Position numbers and translations under genes: made by a program. A DNA stretch of 64,000 nt from assembly GCA_964016885.1 (NCBI GenBank), contig OZ024757.1:43586001-43650000 (forward strand), in the 5' to 3' direction. The notes beneath the pieces were generated by a model, which saw nothing but the letters and a program-made list of their open reading frames with translations, was not told where the DNA came from and did not search any database. Shown piece by piece: positions 24,658 through 37,979 of this stretch (position 1 is its first letter; each line of letters begins with the position of its first letter). The stretch is from Eledone cirrhosa (lineage: Eukaryota).

Positions 24658-27165
24658 TCATCATCATCATCATCATCAACGTTTAACGTCCGTGTTCCAC
24701 GCTTGCATGGGTTTGGACGGGGGTATTCCCACTTGAGGCAAGAGTGATTGTCTTGCTCGCATAGGACTGTCTGGCAGGTTTTCTACAGTTGGATGCCCTT
24801 CCTAACCCCAACCACATTTACAGTGTGGGTATGGGAGGTTTTTACCGTGTTGCCTACACGGCCACATTACAGCGTGGACTGTTTTTTTGTCGTGACACCT
24901 ACACGATCTCATTTGTTTCGGCCTGGATGTTGTGGCACCAACATAACTTTACATAGGAGGGAGTGGTGTGGATGGGGGTGTGGGTGGTGGGACGGGGGTG
25001 TATTTTGTTAGAGATGCCTACTGGCTGTAGTAGGTTTTACTATGTATTTAGGTAAGGCAGGTCTTCTCTATTACTGAGTACCGCCAAAGGTCTCGGTCCA
25101 GTGACATTGTCTTGGAGAGGTGTAAGTGTGTGAGGTCGGAGTTTATCAGCTCGTCCCAGGATTTTCTAGGTCTGCCTATTCCGTGGCTACCGTCTATCTT
25201 TATTGCCCTGCACTTTGTTATACAGCTATCGACTTTCTTGCGCATCACGTGTCCGTACCAACATAGCCTTCTCTCGAGTAAACAACATCTGATCCCTCTT
25301 ATTTCTAATTTTTTCCTTAGTTCGTTTATGCTTTGCCGTTCACGTATATTACTATTACACATCCAGCAGAGCATGCAAGCTTCGTTCCTCTCTAGTCTGC
25401 GTATATCCTCTGTGCACAATGCCCAGGTCTCACTGCCATGCAACATTGCTGTTCGTATGCAGGCATCATACAACCTGCCTTTCATTTTTAGGGAGAACCC
25501 TTTAGCGGCTAATAGTGGTATAAGCTCTCTGAACTTTTTCCATCCAGTTCTGACTCTAGCTACTGTACTTTCGGAACACCCTCCCCCACTGCTGATTTTG
25601 TCACCCAGGTAACGGAAGCTGTCCACTATTTCTATAGAGCCCTCTGCGCAATTGAAAGAGTTAGTATTTTGTGGGCACTCGCTGCTACTTATTGCACCAG
25701 AGCACCGCCCACATGTAAAATCTAAGTTCTTAGTTAGCTTACCTGTGATCCCACTACATCTTTTATGCATCCATACTTTGCATTTGGGACATAAAATGGA
25801 GTTTCTACCTACGCCTTTCCTACACACTGAGCATGGCCATTTCCCGGAAGCAACCGCCGCCTTATTTTCTTTCCTACAAACTAGAACTTTAGTCTTAGCC
25901 AGGTTAATTTTAAGGCCTTTTGATTCTAGGCCGTGCTTCCATGTTTGGAATTTCTTCTCTAGCTCGGCCATTGATTCAGCTATGAGCGTTAGATCATCTG
26001 CGTATAGGAGTTCCCATGGGCAGCCGGTCTTGAACTCCTCTGTTATAGCCTGAAGGGCAATAATAAATAGTAGGGGGCTGACAACAGAGCCCTGATGGAC
26101 GCCAACTTTTACGCTAAACTCTTCACTATATTCGTTGTTAATTCTAACCTTGCTGACTGTTTCTTTATACATGGCTTGTATAGCTCTCACAAGCCATTCA
26201 TCAACACCTAGTTTTCTAAGGGCCCACCAGATAATGGAACGGGGGACTCTGTCGAAGGCTTTCTCCAAGTCGACAAAAGCTAAGTAGAGGGGTTTACCTT
26301 TAGCTAGGTACTTCTCCTGTAGTTGACGTACAATGAAAAGAGCGTCTGTGGTACTTTTGCCTGACACAAACCCGAACTGCATTTCATCTAGGTCAATTCT
26401 CTCTGATTAGTTGCGCTATTACTTTTTCCGTGACCTTCATGACCTGGTCGATTAGTTTAATGCCTCTATAGTTACTCCTATCTAGGGCATCTCCTTTACC
26501 CTTATAACAGTTAACGATGATGCTGCTATGCCAGTCCTTCGGAACAACCCCATTCTGTACGACTTGGTTAACTATCCGGGTGACCAAGGTGTGTCCCACC
26601 GAGCCAGATGCCTTCAGCATCTCAGCAACTATTTCCGAAGGCCCAGCTGCCTTACCCGTCTTCATATCCTTGATTGCCTTACTTATTATACTACCCTCGA
26701 CTAACACTGCTGGTCCCTCTATTGGGTCGATGTGGGGGAGACTGTCTTTCTCCCACTTATTCTCCTCATTTAGTAGCCTTTCATAGTGGCACTTCCAAGC
26801 TACCTTCTTATCAGCGTCGGTGATGGCAAGTACACCATCATCATTAAGTACACACTTCTCCCTGACAATATCACGGTTTTCCTTCACACATTGCCTAGCA
26901 ATCCTGAACACCTCATGTTTTTGGTCCTCGCGTTGTAGAACAGGCTTGAACTTTCTTTCCTCTGCTTCCCTTCTTGCGAAGTACACTTGTCTCCTAGCCA
27001 CTTGATAGTCTTCTCTACTTCCCCCATCCCGCCATACTTTCCAAGCCTGCTTTTTGGCCTTAATTGACCCCTCCACCCTACTGTTCCACCACCATGTTAC
27101 TCTCCTCCTGCCTACAGGCCTGCTCCAGCCACAGACTTCGTCTGTCGCCATCAGCAGGTTTGCTA
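24658..27165 (-). mobile_element. RTE LINE subfamily B, 5'-truncated, young
   Basis: ORFs 26393-27196 and 25048-26382 with a full RT motif set plus the Cys/His finger; (TA)n on both sides. Confidence 0.95.
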
Positions 27166-27207
27166 TACATATATATATACATATATATATATACATTTAT
27201 ACATATA

Positions 27208-27650
27208 TATCATCATCATCACCGTTTTACGTCCGTTCTTCCACGCTAGCATGGGTTAAACGGGTTGTCCTGTTGTGGGCAGTGTCTGGTCGACTGACCA
27301 TGCCTTGCTCATACAGGAACTGATTTGGCTTGATTTCTACAGCTGGATGCCCTTCCTAACACCAACCTCATTTACAGTGAGCGCTGGGTGCTTTTTCGTG
27401 GCGCCTACACGTCCACTTTACAGTGTGGGCTAGGTGCTTTTTTGCCGTGGCACCTCCACGACCACCTTTCGGTGGGGGGGTGTGGGGTAATATTGTCTAT
27501 ATGCTTCAGCTTGTACCCATGAGAGGTCGGGTACTCTGTATTACTGCGTGACGCCAGAAGTCACGGTCGTGTGTCATTGCCTTTGAAAGGTGTAATTGGG
27601 TAAGGTCGGCTTTTATCACCTCATCCCAGGTCATCTTGGGTCTCCCCATA
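27208..27650 (-). mobile_element. RTE subfamily A 3' end
   Basis: Near-identical to 316-745; (TA)n flanks. Confidence 0.9.
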
Positions 27651-27755
27651 CATATACATATATATATATATACATATACATATATACATATATACATATA
27701 TATATACGTATACATATATATATACGTATACATATATATATATATACATATATAT

Positions 27756-28098
27756 GGAGGCACATGGCTTAGTGGTTAGAGCATCGGCCTTGCAATCGAA
27801 AGGTTGTGAGTTCAATTCTCAGACCGGGTGATGTGTTGTTTCCTTGAGCAAGACACTTTATTTCACATTGCTCCAGTTTACTCAGCTGTAGAAATGAGAT
27901 GATAGGGACTGGGGTCCCTATCATTCCACTGCAAAGTGGTCGTGGAGGTGCCACGGCAAAAAATCTCCCAGTCCCACACTGTAAATGAGGTTGGTGTTAG
28001 GAAGGGCATCCAGCTGTAGAAATCAAGCCTGAATCAGTTCCGTCCCACCCTTGCAAGCAGGGAAAAGCGAACGTAAAATGAAATGATGATGAAATGAT
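27756..28098 (+). mobile_element. Full-length tRNA-derived CORE-type SINE with RTE-derived tail
   Basis: A-box TGGCTTAGTGG, B-box GAGTTCAATTC, CTTGAGCAAGACACTT core, tail matching RTE 3' ends, (GAT)n. Confidence 0.88.
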
Positions 28099-28322
28099 AT
28101 ACATATATATACATTCATATATATACATATACATACATATATATACATATAAATACATATATATACATACAAATATAAACATACATATATATATACATAT
28201 ATAGATGTATATACATATATATACATATATATACATTATATATATATATACATTATATATATAGATATATATATACATCTATATATATATATACATATAT
28301 ATGTATGTATATATATATATAT

Positions 28323-30720
28323 ATCATCACCATCATCATCGTTTAACGTCCATCTTCCACGCTTGCATGGGTTTGGACGGGAATTTTCCCACTTGAGGCA
28401 AGAGTGGTTGTTTTGCTCGCATAGGACTGTCTGGCGGGTTTTCTACGGCTGGATGCCCTTCCTAACACCAACCACGTTTACAGTGTGGACTGGGAGGTTT
28501 TTACCGTGTTACCTACACGGCCACATTACAGCATAGACTGTGTGTTTTTTTTGTTGTGACACCTACACGACTTCATTTGTTTCGGGCTGGATGTTGTGGT
28601 ACCAACATAACTTTACATTGAAAGGGGTGGTGTGGATGGGGTGGGGGTAGTGGGACGGGGGTGTATTTTGTTAGAGGTGCCGACTGACTGTAGGTCTCAA
28701 TGCCCAGGTCTCACTGCCATGTAACATTGCTGTTCGTATGCAGGCATCATACAGCCTGCCTTTCATTTTTAGAGAGAACCCTTTAGCGGCCAATAGTGGT
28801 ATAAGCTCTCTGAACTTTTTCCATCCAGTTCTGACTCTAGCTACTGTACTTTCAGAGCACCCTCCCCCACTGCTGATTTTGTCACCCAGGTAACGGAAGC
28901 TGTCCACTATTTCTATAGAACCATCTGTGCAATGGAATGAGCTAGTATTTTGTGGGTACTTGCTGCTACTTATTACACCAGAGCACCGGCCACATATAAA
29001 ATCTGTGTTCTTAGTTAGCTTACCTGTGATCCCACTACATCTTTTATGCATCCATACTTTGCATTTGGGACATAAAATGGAGTTTCTGGCTACTCCTTTC
29101 CTACACACTGAGCATGGCCATTTCCCTGATGGGACCGGTGCCCTATTTTCCTTCCTACAAACTAGAACTTTAGTCTTAGACAGGTTAATTTTAAGGCCTT
29201 TTGATTCTAGGCCATGCTTCCATGTTTGGAATTCCTTCTCTAGTTCGGCCATTGATTCAGCTATGAGCGTTAGATCATCTGCGTATAGGAGTTCCCATGG
29301 GCAGCCGGTCTTGAACTCCTCTGTTATAGCCTGAAGGGCAATAATAAATAGTAGGGGGCTAAGAACGGAGCCCTGATGAACAACTTTTACGCTAAACTCT
29401 TCACTATATTCGTTGTTAATTCTAACCTTGCTGACTGTTTCTTTATACATGGCTTGTATAGCTCTCACAAGCCATTCATCAACACCTAGTTTTCTAAGAG
29501 CCCACCAGATAATGGAACGGGGGACTCTGTCGAAGGCTTTCTCCAAGTCGACAAAAGCTAAGTATAGGGGTTTACTTTTAGCTAGGTACTTCTCCTGTAG
29601 TTGTCGTACAATGAAAAGAGCGTCTGTGGTACTTTTACCTGACACAAACCTGAACTGCATTTCATCTAGATCAATTCTCTCTCTGATTAGTTGCGCTATT
29701 ACTTTTTCCGTGACCTTCATGACCTGGTCGATTAGTTTAATGCCTCTATCGTTACTCCTATCTAGGGCATCTCCTTTACCCTTGTAGCAGTTAATGATGA
29801 TGCTGCTACGCCAGTCCTTCGGAACAACCCCATTCTGTATGACTTGGTTTACTATCAGGGTGACCATGGTGTGTCCCACCGTTCCAGAAGCTTTCAGCAT
29901 TTCAGCAACTATTTCCGAAGGCCCAGCCGCCTTACCCGTCTTCATATCTTTGATTGCCTTACTTATTATACTACTTTCAATTAACACTGCTGGTCCCTCT
30001 ATTGGGTCGATGTGGGGGAGACTGTCTTTCTCCCATTTATTCTCCTCATTTAGTAGCCTTTCGTAGTGACACTTCCATCAGCGTCAGTGATGGCAAGTAC
30101 ACCATCATCATGAAGGACACACTTCTCCCCGACAATATCATGGTTTTCCTTGACACATTGCCTAACAATCCTGAACACCTCACGTTTTTGGTCCTCGCGT
30201 TGTAGAACATGCTTGAACTTTCTTTCCACTGCTTCCCTTCTTGCGAAGTACACTTATCTCCTAGCTTCCCTCCTGGCCACTTGATAGTCTTCCCTACTTC
30301 CCCCATACTTTCCAAGCCTGCTTTTTGGCCTTAATTGACTCCTCCACCTTACTGTTCCACCACCAAGTTACTCTCCTCCTGCCTATAGGCCTGCTCCAGC
30401 CACAGACTTCGTCTGCCGCCATCAGCAGGTTTGCTTTCAGGAATTCCCACTGTTTCTCTATATTGTACGACTCTAAATGCTCTTCCTTACTGTCGAAAGC
30501 ATCAAGTAATATGCTTTTATTTCTGGCTGTGGGGTCCTTTAGCTTCCATATTTTTCTCCTGAGGATACTCCTCTTCTGTTGTCGAGTACGTCTCATCCTG
30601 ACTATGAGCTCGCTAATTATCAGTCTATGTTGGGAGGTGCATTCTTCATGGGGGAGGGATTTAGTGTTTACAACAGACACTCTGTCACGTCTTCTGGTAA
30701 GGATATAATCTACCTGGCAC
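28323..30720 (-). mobile_element. RTE LINE subfamily B with an internal deletion near the ORF end
   Basis: ORF 28671-29987 with RT motifs; jumps from SETWAL directly into the 3'UTR; (TA)n flanks. Confidence 0.93.
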
Positions 30721-30767
<47 letters not shown>

Positions 30768-31963
30768 GTTCAAGAGTAACCAATCTTAAAGAGAGAGATG
30801 GAGATAGGAGAGATATGAGAGGAGAGATTGGTGAGTTAGTTAGAAACCAAAGCGTAAAGGCATGAGCTCAATGTGCAATATGCAGTAGAAAGCAGCTAGG
30901 TGGCTGGGTTTATGCAGAAGTTAGGTGCGCAGAGCTGGAAATATTCATTAGTTAAGCAAAACAAGACCATAAATTTCACAAGGAGGACATTATTAAAAGA
31001 TTATCAACATATTTTAGTTTGATGTAAGGAATGTAGAGAATAATAATAATAATATTAATAATAATTGTTTCTACTTTTGGCACAAGGCCAGCAATTAACC
31101 CAGTGTATTACTGGTACTTTATTTTATCGACCCCGAAAGGATGAAAGGCAAAGTCAACCTCGGCAGGATTTGAACTCAGATCGTAAAGGGACGTAACTAT
31201 GCTTGAAAGCATGGCGTTCGACCCTCCACCGATACTGCCAATCCACCGCCATTAATAATATTAATAATAATAATGTCCGTTTACAATTTTTTCGCTACTC
31301 CATATAATATTTCTGGTTCAGATGACTATATATCATAATTGATCTGGTTCAGTTGAAAATAATTAACAGAGCACACAGCATTGAAAAATGGACGTAAAAC
31401 ATTGATGATGATGATAATGACAGGGGTAGAGAGGGCTCTTCAACTGAGTCAATGACCAACAGCCTCTGTAGTGCTGGTGCCATAAAAATGAATGCAGTAC
31501 ATTCTGTAAGGTAGTAGGTGATAGGAAGGGCATCCATCTGTAGAAACCATACCAAAAATAGGTTGAGAGGATGCTTCAGTTGTGTCAATCATCATCATCA
31601 TCATCGTTTAACGTCCGTGTTCCACGCTTGCATGGGTTTGGAAAAGGATATGATAACCTCTCTAGTGTTGGTAATCTATATAATAAACACACCCTGTACA
31701 TGCTGTAAAGTGGTTGGTGATAGTAAGGCATCCAGCCATAGAAAACTTGCCAATTAAAGCATTTGGAGGACCCATCAGTTGTGTCAAAGACATGACAACC
31801 TTTCTTGTACACTCAGTAGAATGTGAGACTGTACATAAGTGAGATGCAATGTTAGCAAGACGCAGTAATTAATTTGTTGACCAAAGTAATATGAAAAGCA
31901 ATGTTGACCTTGGCAGGAGTGCAGTGAGTTTGAACACCATAAACAACACAAACAACAGCTTAC

Positions 31964-32018
31964 CATTTTGATTCTCCAGAAGTTGAATCTTTTGCTCTTG
32001 GTACAGAATTTTCCTATC
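31964..32018 (-). CDS. UBXN11: UBXN11 exon 5 (DRKILYQEQKIQLLENQN)
   Basis: Acceptor tcttcag, donor ATG|gtaagc, phase 0 to 1, coiled-coil character. Confidence 0.85.
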
Positions 32019-32419
32019 CTGAAGATCAAAGAACAACAAAACTGTTCAATAATAATAACATTTCAGGTGAAAAAAAAATAATGGTTTCTGATTTAGGCAG
32101 AAGGGGAAGGGAAAGTCAATTAAATTGACTCCAGCGTGTTACTGGTACTTTAGTTTATCGACACCATAAGGATGAAAGGCAAAGCTAACCTTTGCAGGAT
32201 TTATAATGAGAAGATAAAGTTGTGAAGAAAGACCTTAAGAAACAGAATTTTACAAAGATGTAACAGGGCTGAGCTGACAGACTGATTATAGTGTAATACA
32301 AAAGATCTGTGCAGTACAAGCACTGCAGCCCTAAAAATAAATGTAGGGAGTGACCAGAAACTACAGAGTTTGGCAATTGAATGAAGATAGTGTAAGGTTT
32401 TAGAGGACTCTTCAGTCTG

Positions 32420-32790
32420 GCCTAGCATTTAATGTGGCCTCTCTGGTGTTGGTGCTATGATAAAATATACCCAGTGCACCCTGTAAAGTAGTAACATTGG
32501 TACCATGATCAAATACACTCAGTTCACTCTGTAAAGTGGTAGTGCTGGTGTCACAAAATTGCACCCAGCCATAGAAAAACTGTATGAGAGAAATGAGGTG
32601 TAACATGAAAAAGAGAGGACTGTGTTGGTATGGACATGTGGTGTGTATGGATATGGATGATGATTGTAGGGTGAAGAAGTGCCAAGAAATCCCATTGGGA
32701 GGAAACTGCAATAGAGGATGACCAAGGAAGACATGGGATGAGGTGGTGAGGTGATCAGCGCTGAAGCACTCGAAGGAGATGACAATAGAA
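32420..32790 (+). mobile_element. Old RTE 3' remnant followed by a (GAT/GGT)n tract to ~32960
   Basis: Degenerate RGLCWYGHV...KKCQ...RG.PRKTWDEVV. Confidence 0.7.
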
Positions 32791-32969
32791 AGCAACGATG
32801 ATGATGATGGTGGTGGTGGTGGTGTTGGTGATGGTGATGGTGACGATAATGGTAATGTTGATGTTGGTGATGACAATGATGATGGTGGTGATATTGATGA
32901 TAGTAATGATGAGGATGATGATGATAGTGATGATGTTGATGATGGTGATGATGATGACGAATTGCTTAC

Positions 32970-33091
32970 CTTTGTCACAAGTTCCTCCCTCTGTTTCTTC
33001 AACTTACCCTCAACGTCGGATAAACGCCTCGAGATGACGGACAACAGCTCCCTGTCTAAATTAGACACATTTGAGAAGTCAAGGCGAGAGT
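32970..33091 (-). CDS. UBXN11: UBXN11 exon 4 (SRLDFSNVSNLDRELLSVISRRLSDVEGKLKKQREELVTK)
   Basis: Acceptor ctttccttacaag, donor AAG|gtaagc. Resembles the UBXN11 coiled-coil start (DSELM...LEQQVKAQTDEILSK). Confidence 0.88.
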
Positions 33092-33163
33092 CTTGTAAGG
33101 AAAGGTCAATGTATATGAGAGGTCAACTAGGTAGCTCAAATAATTGGTTAGGAGTCAACCTAC

Positions 33164-33289
33164 CTGAAACAGTTGGCGTTTGACTGGTTGTGGAGGTGGT
33201 GGAGTGGTCAAAAATCGGTAAGGATTGATGTTTTGAGTTTTGTAATAACCGAGGACCAAGAAGATTGCTGCTGGAACCATCATCGGATT
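33164..33289 (-). CDS. UBXN11: UBXN11 exon 3 (SDDGSSSNLLGPRLLQ...TPTVS)
   Basis: Acceptor gtcttttcag, donor CAG|gtaggt, open frame, phase 1 to 1, followed by a 72-nt intron. Confidence 0.75.
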
Positions 33290-33346
33290 CTGAAAAGACA
33301 AGCATAACAAAACATCATACAGATATACATCTATGAAGAATGAATT

Positions 33347-33386
<40 letters not shown>

Positions 33387-34534
33387 TCATTCTTCATAGA
33401 TGTATATATAAAAACATTAAAAAAAAAAAAAAAAATCAGACGGCAAGATTGGAAACTGTTTTAGAATTTTAATCCTGTGAAAACACTATATTTATTTTGA
33501 TGACCCAGCTTTATCATCCAATCATGATGTAAGACTTAGGTGATTGCATCAGGTGTTAACTGCAGAATTAGTCCATAAGATAACAGGATTATGGTGAACA
33601 CAGAATAGAAAATAGAGGACTGATTTAATTTGGGGACGGCTTGCCAATTCAATGTTATAGCAAACCATCCCCAGAATGTCCACACAAGCATCAATGCGGG
33701 TTGCATCATTGTGGGTTGGTAGGCCTGATGGAGGAGAGTGGTGGTTGCTAAGTGGAGACAGGAATTCTACTGTCCTTAGAAAATGCCATTCATTAGTCAT
33801 AGCCAAGGATTCCATTGCCATGGAAGTCATGAGGTATTATACTCTGTCCTTATTTATTGGATCCCGCCGAAGTTAACTTTGCCTTTCATCCTTACAGGGT
33901 CGATAAAATGAAGTACCAGTAATGTACTGGGTAATTGCTGGCCTTGTGCCAAAAGTAGAAACAATTATTTATTGGCCAATAAATGAAATCATTATTTATT
34001 CGTCGAAAAGCAAATAGCGTGACGGTGGAGGCTTAAAGGCTTAAAGTGCTATAGAGGCATACTGACCTTACAAAATTGTATAAATTAATAAAAAATGATA
34101 AAAATAAATAATAAAAACAAAAATAAAAGTTATAAACAGTTATTAAAAATTATAAAACTTACAAAAACTGCAAGAATGTGTGAATTTTATGATAAATAAA
34201 TTATGAAAATTAATTAGGAAGAATAAATTAAAGGAAGATAAATTGTTAAGAAATATATATGTATGTATGTATGTATGTATGTGTGCGCATGTAGATATAT
34301 GTGTATGTATATATATATATTTTAGTATGAATTTGGTATAAATATCCAAGGATTAGAGCACTCAGTCCATAGGACAAGTTAAGTATAATTAGTTACAACA
34401 GATACTTAAATTTCATTTGGTTATTCATCCCAAATTATTCAGCCTGTTATATAAATAAGAATGGCTTTCCACCATGGAAATTTCAGAAAGTATAGGAGAG
34501 TTAGAACTCTCCTATACTTTCTAAAATCTCCTTG

Positions 34535-34740
34535 TAAGGTTGTAAGTTTGAATCTCAGACCGGGTGATGCATTGTGTCCTTGAGCAAGATACTTTATTTC
34601 ACATTGTTCTAGTTCACTCAACTGTAGAAATGAGTTGTGATGTCACTGGTGCCAGAGGGAAGACCGGTATGTATGGGTGACTGCTGGTCTTCCACAAACA
34701 ACCTTACCCAGATTTGTGCCTCGGAAGGACATCTCTTTTT
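34535..34740 (+). mobile_element. CORE-type SINE, 5'-truncated, different tail
   Basis: CTCAGACCGGGTGATG...CTTGAGCAAGATACTTTATTTCACATTG shared with the 27756 copy. Confidence 0.7.
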
Positions 34741-35630
34741 GTTGATCCAATAAAATTATATCTGGAACTGTTTATAGTTTAATATGTTCTTCCTTGAGTA
34801 ATACTGAAGAATGAGATATGAGGAAGATTTGGCTGTTATTTCTAGCAACAGAGGTTCCCTTTTTGTCTCAAAGGAAATGACTCATCTGACTATCTATTAC
34901 ACATATTTCAACAGAAAGTAAAATGTAAGCCCATTTCTTAGCAAACCACCCCTGGTTCTAAGATATAAAACTTTGGTACATTTTTGTTATTATACCTGAC
35001 ATACTGCTAACATGACAAAAAGCTCCCAATCCACTCTGTAAGGTAGTTGTGCTGGTGGCACAATAAAAAGCACCCAGTCCACATACCATAGAAACCCAAA
35101 CAGAAATAATTCTGTATATATATATATATGTATGTATGTATATAACATGTAACCCAGTACAACCTGTTTCATGGCCGGGTTGTCAGCGACTAAACCAACA
35201 ACCCCACCAAGCTTGCTTGGTGAGGAGGGTGATATTTGGACACCCTGCGGGATGAAATACAAGACCCGGCAAAGGGCGAAGGAACTCAGCAGAGTAAACA
35301 GTCATCTAAATAGTACCTTTATTTTTTCTACCTGGGAGTGAAAGGCCTCCAGTTGTTATCACAACACCTTTCTAGGAGAGGGAAACTCTGGAAAAAACCT
35401 GCAGCTTTGGAAACATCCGATGATGTTGACCAGTTCTCCCTTTCGAGTAATGTTCTCGATGCTCAGAGAGTGGGATTGGTCGAGTGCAAGGCCTTTCTCC
35501 ACTTAAAAAACCTTCAACGCCGCACAAGCATTGGTTGTTCAGGATATGTTACGGGCTCGTGTCGCTGGCCATAGTGCACCAAACTCTATAATCTGACAAC
35601 CGATTACAGTACTCTTAGCAGAGTTTGCAA

Positions 35631-35672
<42 letters not shown>

Positions 35673-35883
35673 AAAAAGTATGACCCCGAATTTTTCCTAT
35701 TTCCCACTCTACTACTCTAAGTATTGAGTACTGTGGTGCGTTATGGTCCATCTGGTTCCTTACCACATTTCCTTTATTATATAATATATATATATATATA
35801 TAACACAGTAAAGAGAGAAATACACATATATATTATTCCATTATATGGGAATATTGTGAGTTTTTAACTCAACATTTTAATTT

Positions 35884-35940
<57 letters not shown>

Positions 35941-36302
35941 ATATATGAATAATGTGGTTGGTGTTAGGAAGGGCATCCATACATAGAAAGCTTGCCAAAC
36001 AAGGGTTAAGAAGACTCTTCAGTTTGTGTCAAAAGACATGACAACTTCTATTCTGCACTTGATTATGATCATATTTAAGTGGAATACAGACCCCTTGGCC
36101 TGTCTGGGAGGTCAGTGACCCTACTCAGTACTGACTTGGTCGATATAGACATGTCCTACTCTTTCTAGCAGGGAAAGTGGATGTTAAATGATGATGAGGA
36201 TGATGACAGTGATGTTACTGACGATGACGATACTGATGATGACAGCAATGAAATGCAGCAATATTTGATAATTTGAAATAAGACAGACTGAATTCATCTC
36301 AC

Positions 36303-36340
36303 CTCTCTCAACGATCGCAGAGTTTGATAGTTTTATCTTC
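36303..36340 (-). CDS. UBXN11: UBXN11 exon 2 (38 nt; KIKLSNSAIVER)
   Basis: Acceptor tttatttccag and donor GAG|gtgaga. Phase 2 to 1 exactly bridges exons 1 and 3. Sequence similarity is weak. Confidence 0.65.
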
Positions 36341-36539
36341 CTGGAAATAAACAGTAAAAAGTAAATAATTATATTTTTTAAAAATAAAAATAAAATGTAG
36401 AATAGACCTTGGGATACACTAAGTCATGTTCATGACAGGACCGGAGCCCCTATCATTAAAACACCCAAGAAACATTTTATGAAACAAACTTATCTGTGGC
36501 TAGCTAAACTTCTGTATGTGTGAGAGTTGTACCTTTGTC

Positions 36540-37812
36540 CTTCATCATCATCATCATCATCATCATCATTTTACGTCCGCTTTTCCCTGCTTGCAAGGGT
36601 GGGACGGGTCTTATTCAGCACAGCATCTCTCCACTCGTCACGGTCCCTCGTCATCTCCACCGTGAGCTTCAATGATCTGAGGTCTGTTCTCACCACCTCT
36701 GTTACACTGCACATCCAACGGAGCATGCTTGCCTCATTTCTCTCCAGCCGTCGCATATCCTCTGCGGTTGCTGCCCATGTCTCACTACCATGCAGCATCG
36801 CACTCCTCACACAGGCATCATACAACCGGCCTTTCGTACGCAGGGAGAAACCCTTCTTCGTCAACAGAGGAAGCAGCTCCCCAAACTTCTTCCAACCCGT
36901 CCTTATTCTAGATACTATGGCCTCGGAACACCCTCCTCCCATGCTAATCTGATCTCCTAGGTACCGGAAGCTATCCACCACTTCTATAGCGCCCTCTCGC
37001 ATTTGAAAAATGTGTCTATCAGTGCGACTTCTACTGTCTAATTTCCCTGTACATCTACTGCATACATATTTCTCCCTACCTGTTAGTTTGCCTGCTATCC
37101 CGCTACATCTCTTGTGTACCCAGGACCTGCATTGTGTGCATTTTATAGAATTTATGCCAGTTCCTTTTCTGCATATCGAACATGGCCATTTCCCTGACGG
37201 AATCAGGGTTTTGTCCTCTTTTCTACTCATTAACACTTTTGTCTTAGCTAGATTTACTCTCAGTCCTCTTGCTTCCAACTGCTGTTTCCATAGCCGGAAT
37301 TTATTCTCAAGCTCCTCTACTGATTCTGCCATAAGAGCCAGATCGTCAGCATAGAGAAGTTCCCATGGACAGCCAGTCTTAAACTCCTCTGTTATGGCTT
37401 GGAGGACTATAATGAACAAGAGCGGGCTGAGGACCGAACCCTGATGTACTCCTACTTGTATCTGGAATTCCTCACTAAACTCCATTCCTACCCTGACTTT
37501 ACTGAGAGTACCTCTGTACAAAGTTTGCACTGTCCTCACAAGCCATTCCTCAACACCCAGCTTCCTTAGGGACCACCAGATGACAGATCAGGGTACCCTA
37601 TCAAAGGCCTTCTCTAGGTCAACAAAGGCTAAGTATAGTGGCTTATTCTTCTCTAAGAACCTCTCTTGCATTTGTCTCACCAAGAAGAGGGCATCTGTTG
37701 TACTCTTCCCAGGCACAAAACCAAACTGCATCTCATCTAGTTTGACCCTTTCTCTAATTAGTTGTGCTAAAATCCTTTCTGCCACTTTCATAACCTGATC
37801 TATCAGCTTTAT
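36540..37812 (-). mobile_element. RTE LINE subfamily C, 5'-truncated, internal deletion
   Basis: ORFs 37588-37791 and 36571-37539 with YADD and the Cys/His finger; (GAT)n tail. Confidence 0.93.
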
Positions 37813-37979
37813 ATATTAAAAAATGGACTTACCCACCTTAGGGTACACTAAGGAAATGAAATTCATCAATGCATTCTCCCTGTGGATGTATACATATATA
37901 TTTCCCTTTTCTCCTGGCTCTTTCATTGGATACATTAACTTGTTACATTGCACATCTAAATTTGAGGCTCAACCTCTGA

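Noticed and set aside
37833-37955. Possible extra UBXN11 exon (tttag acceptor, gtaagt donor)
   Set aside because: The frame needed to join exons 1 and 2 contains a stop, and the 14-exon model is complete without it. An alternative exon cannot be excluded without RNA data.
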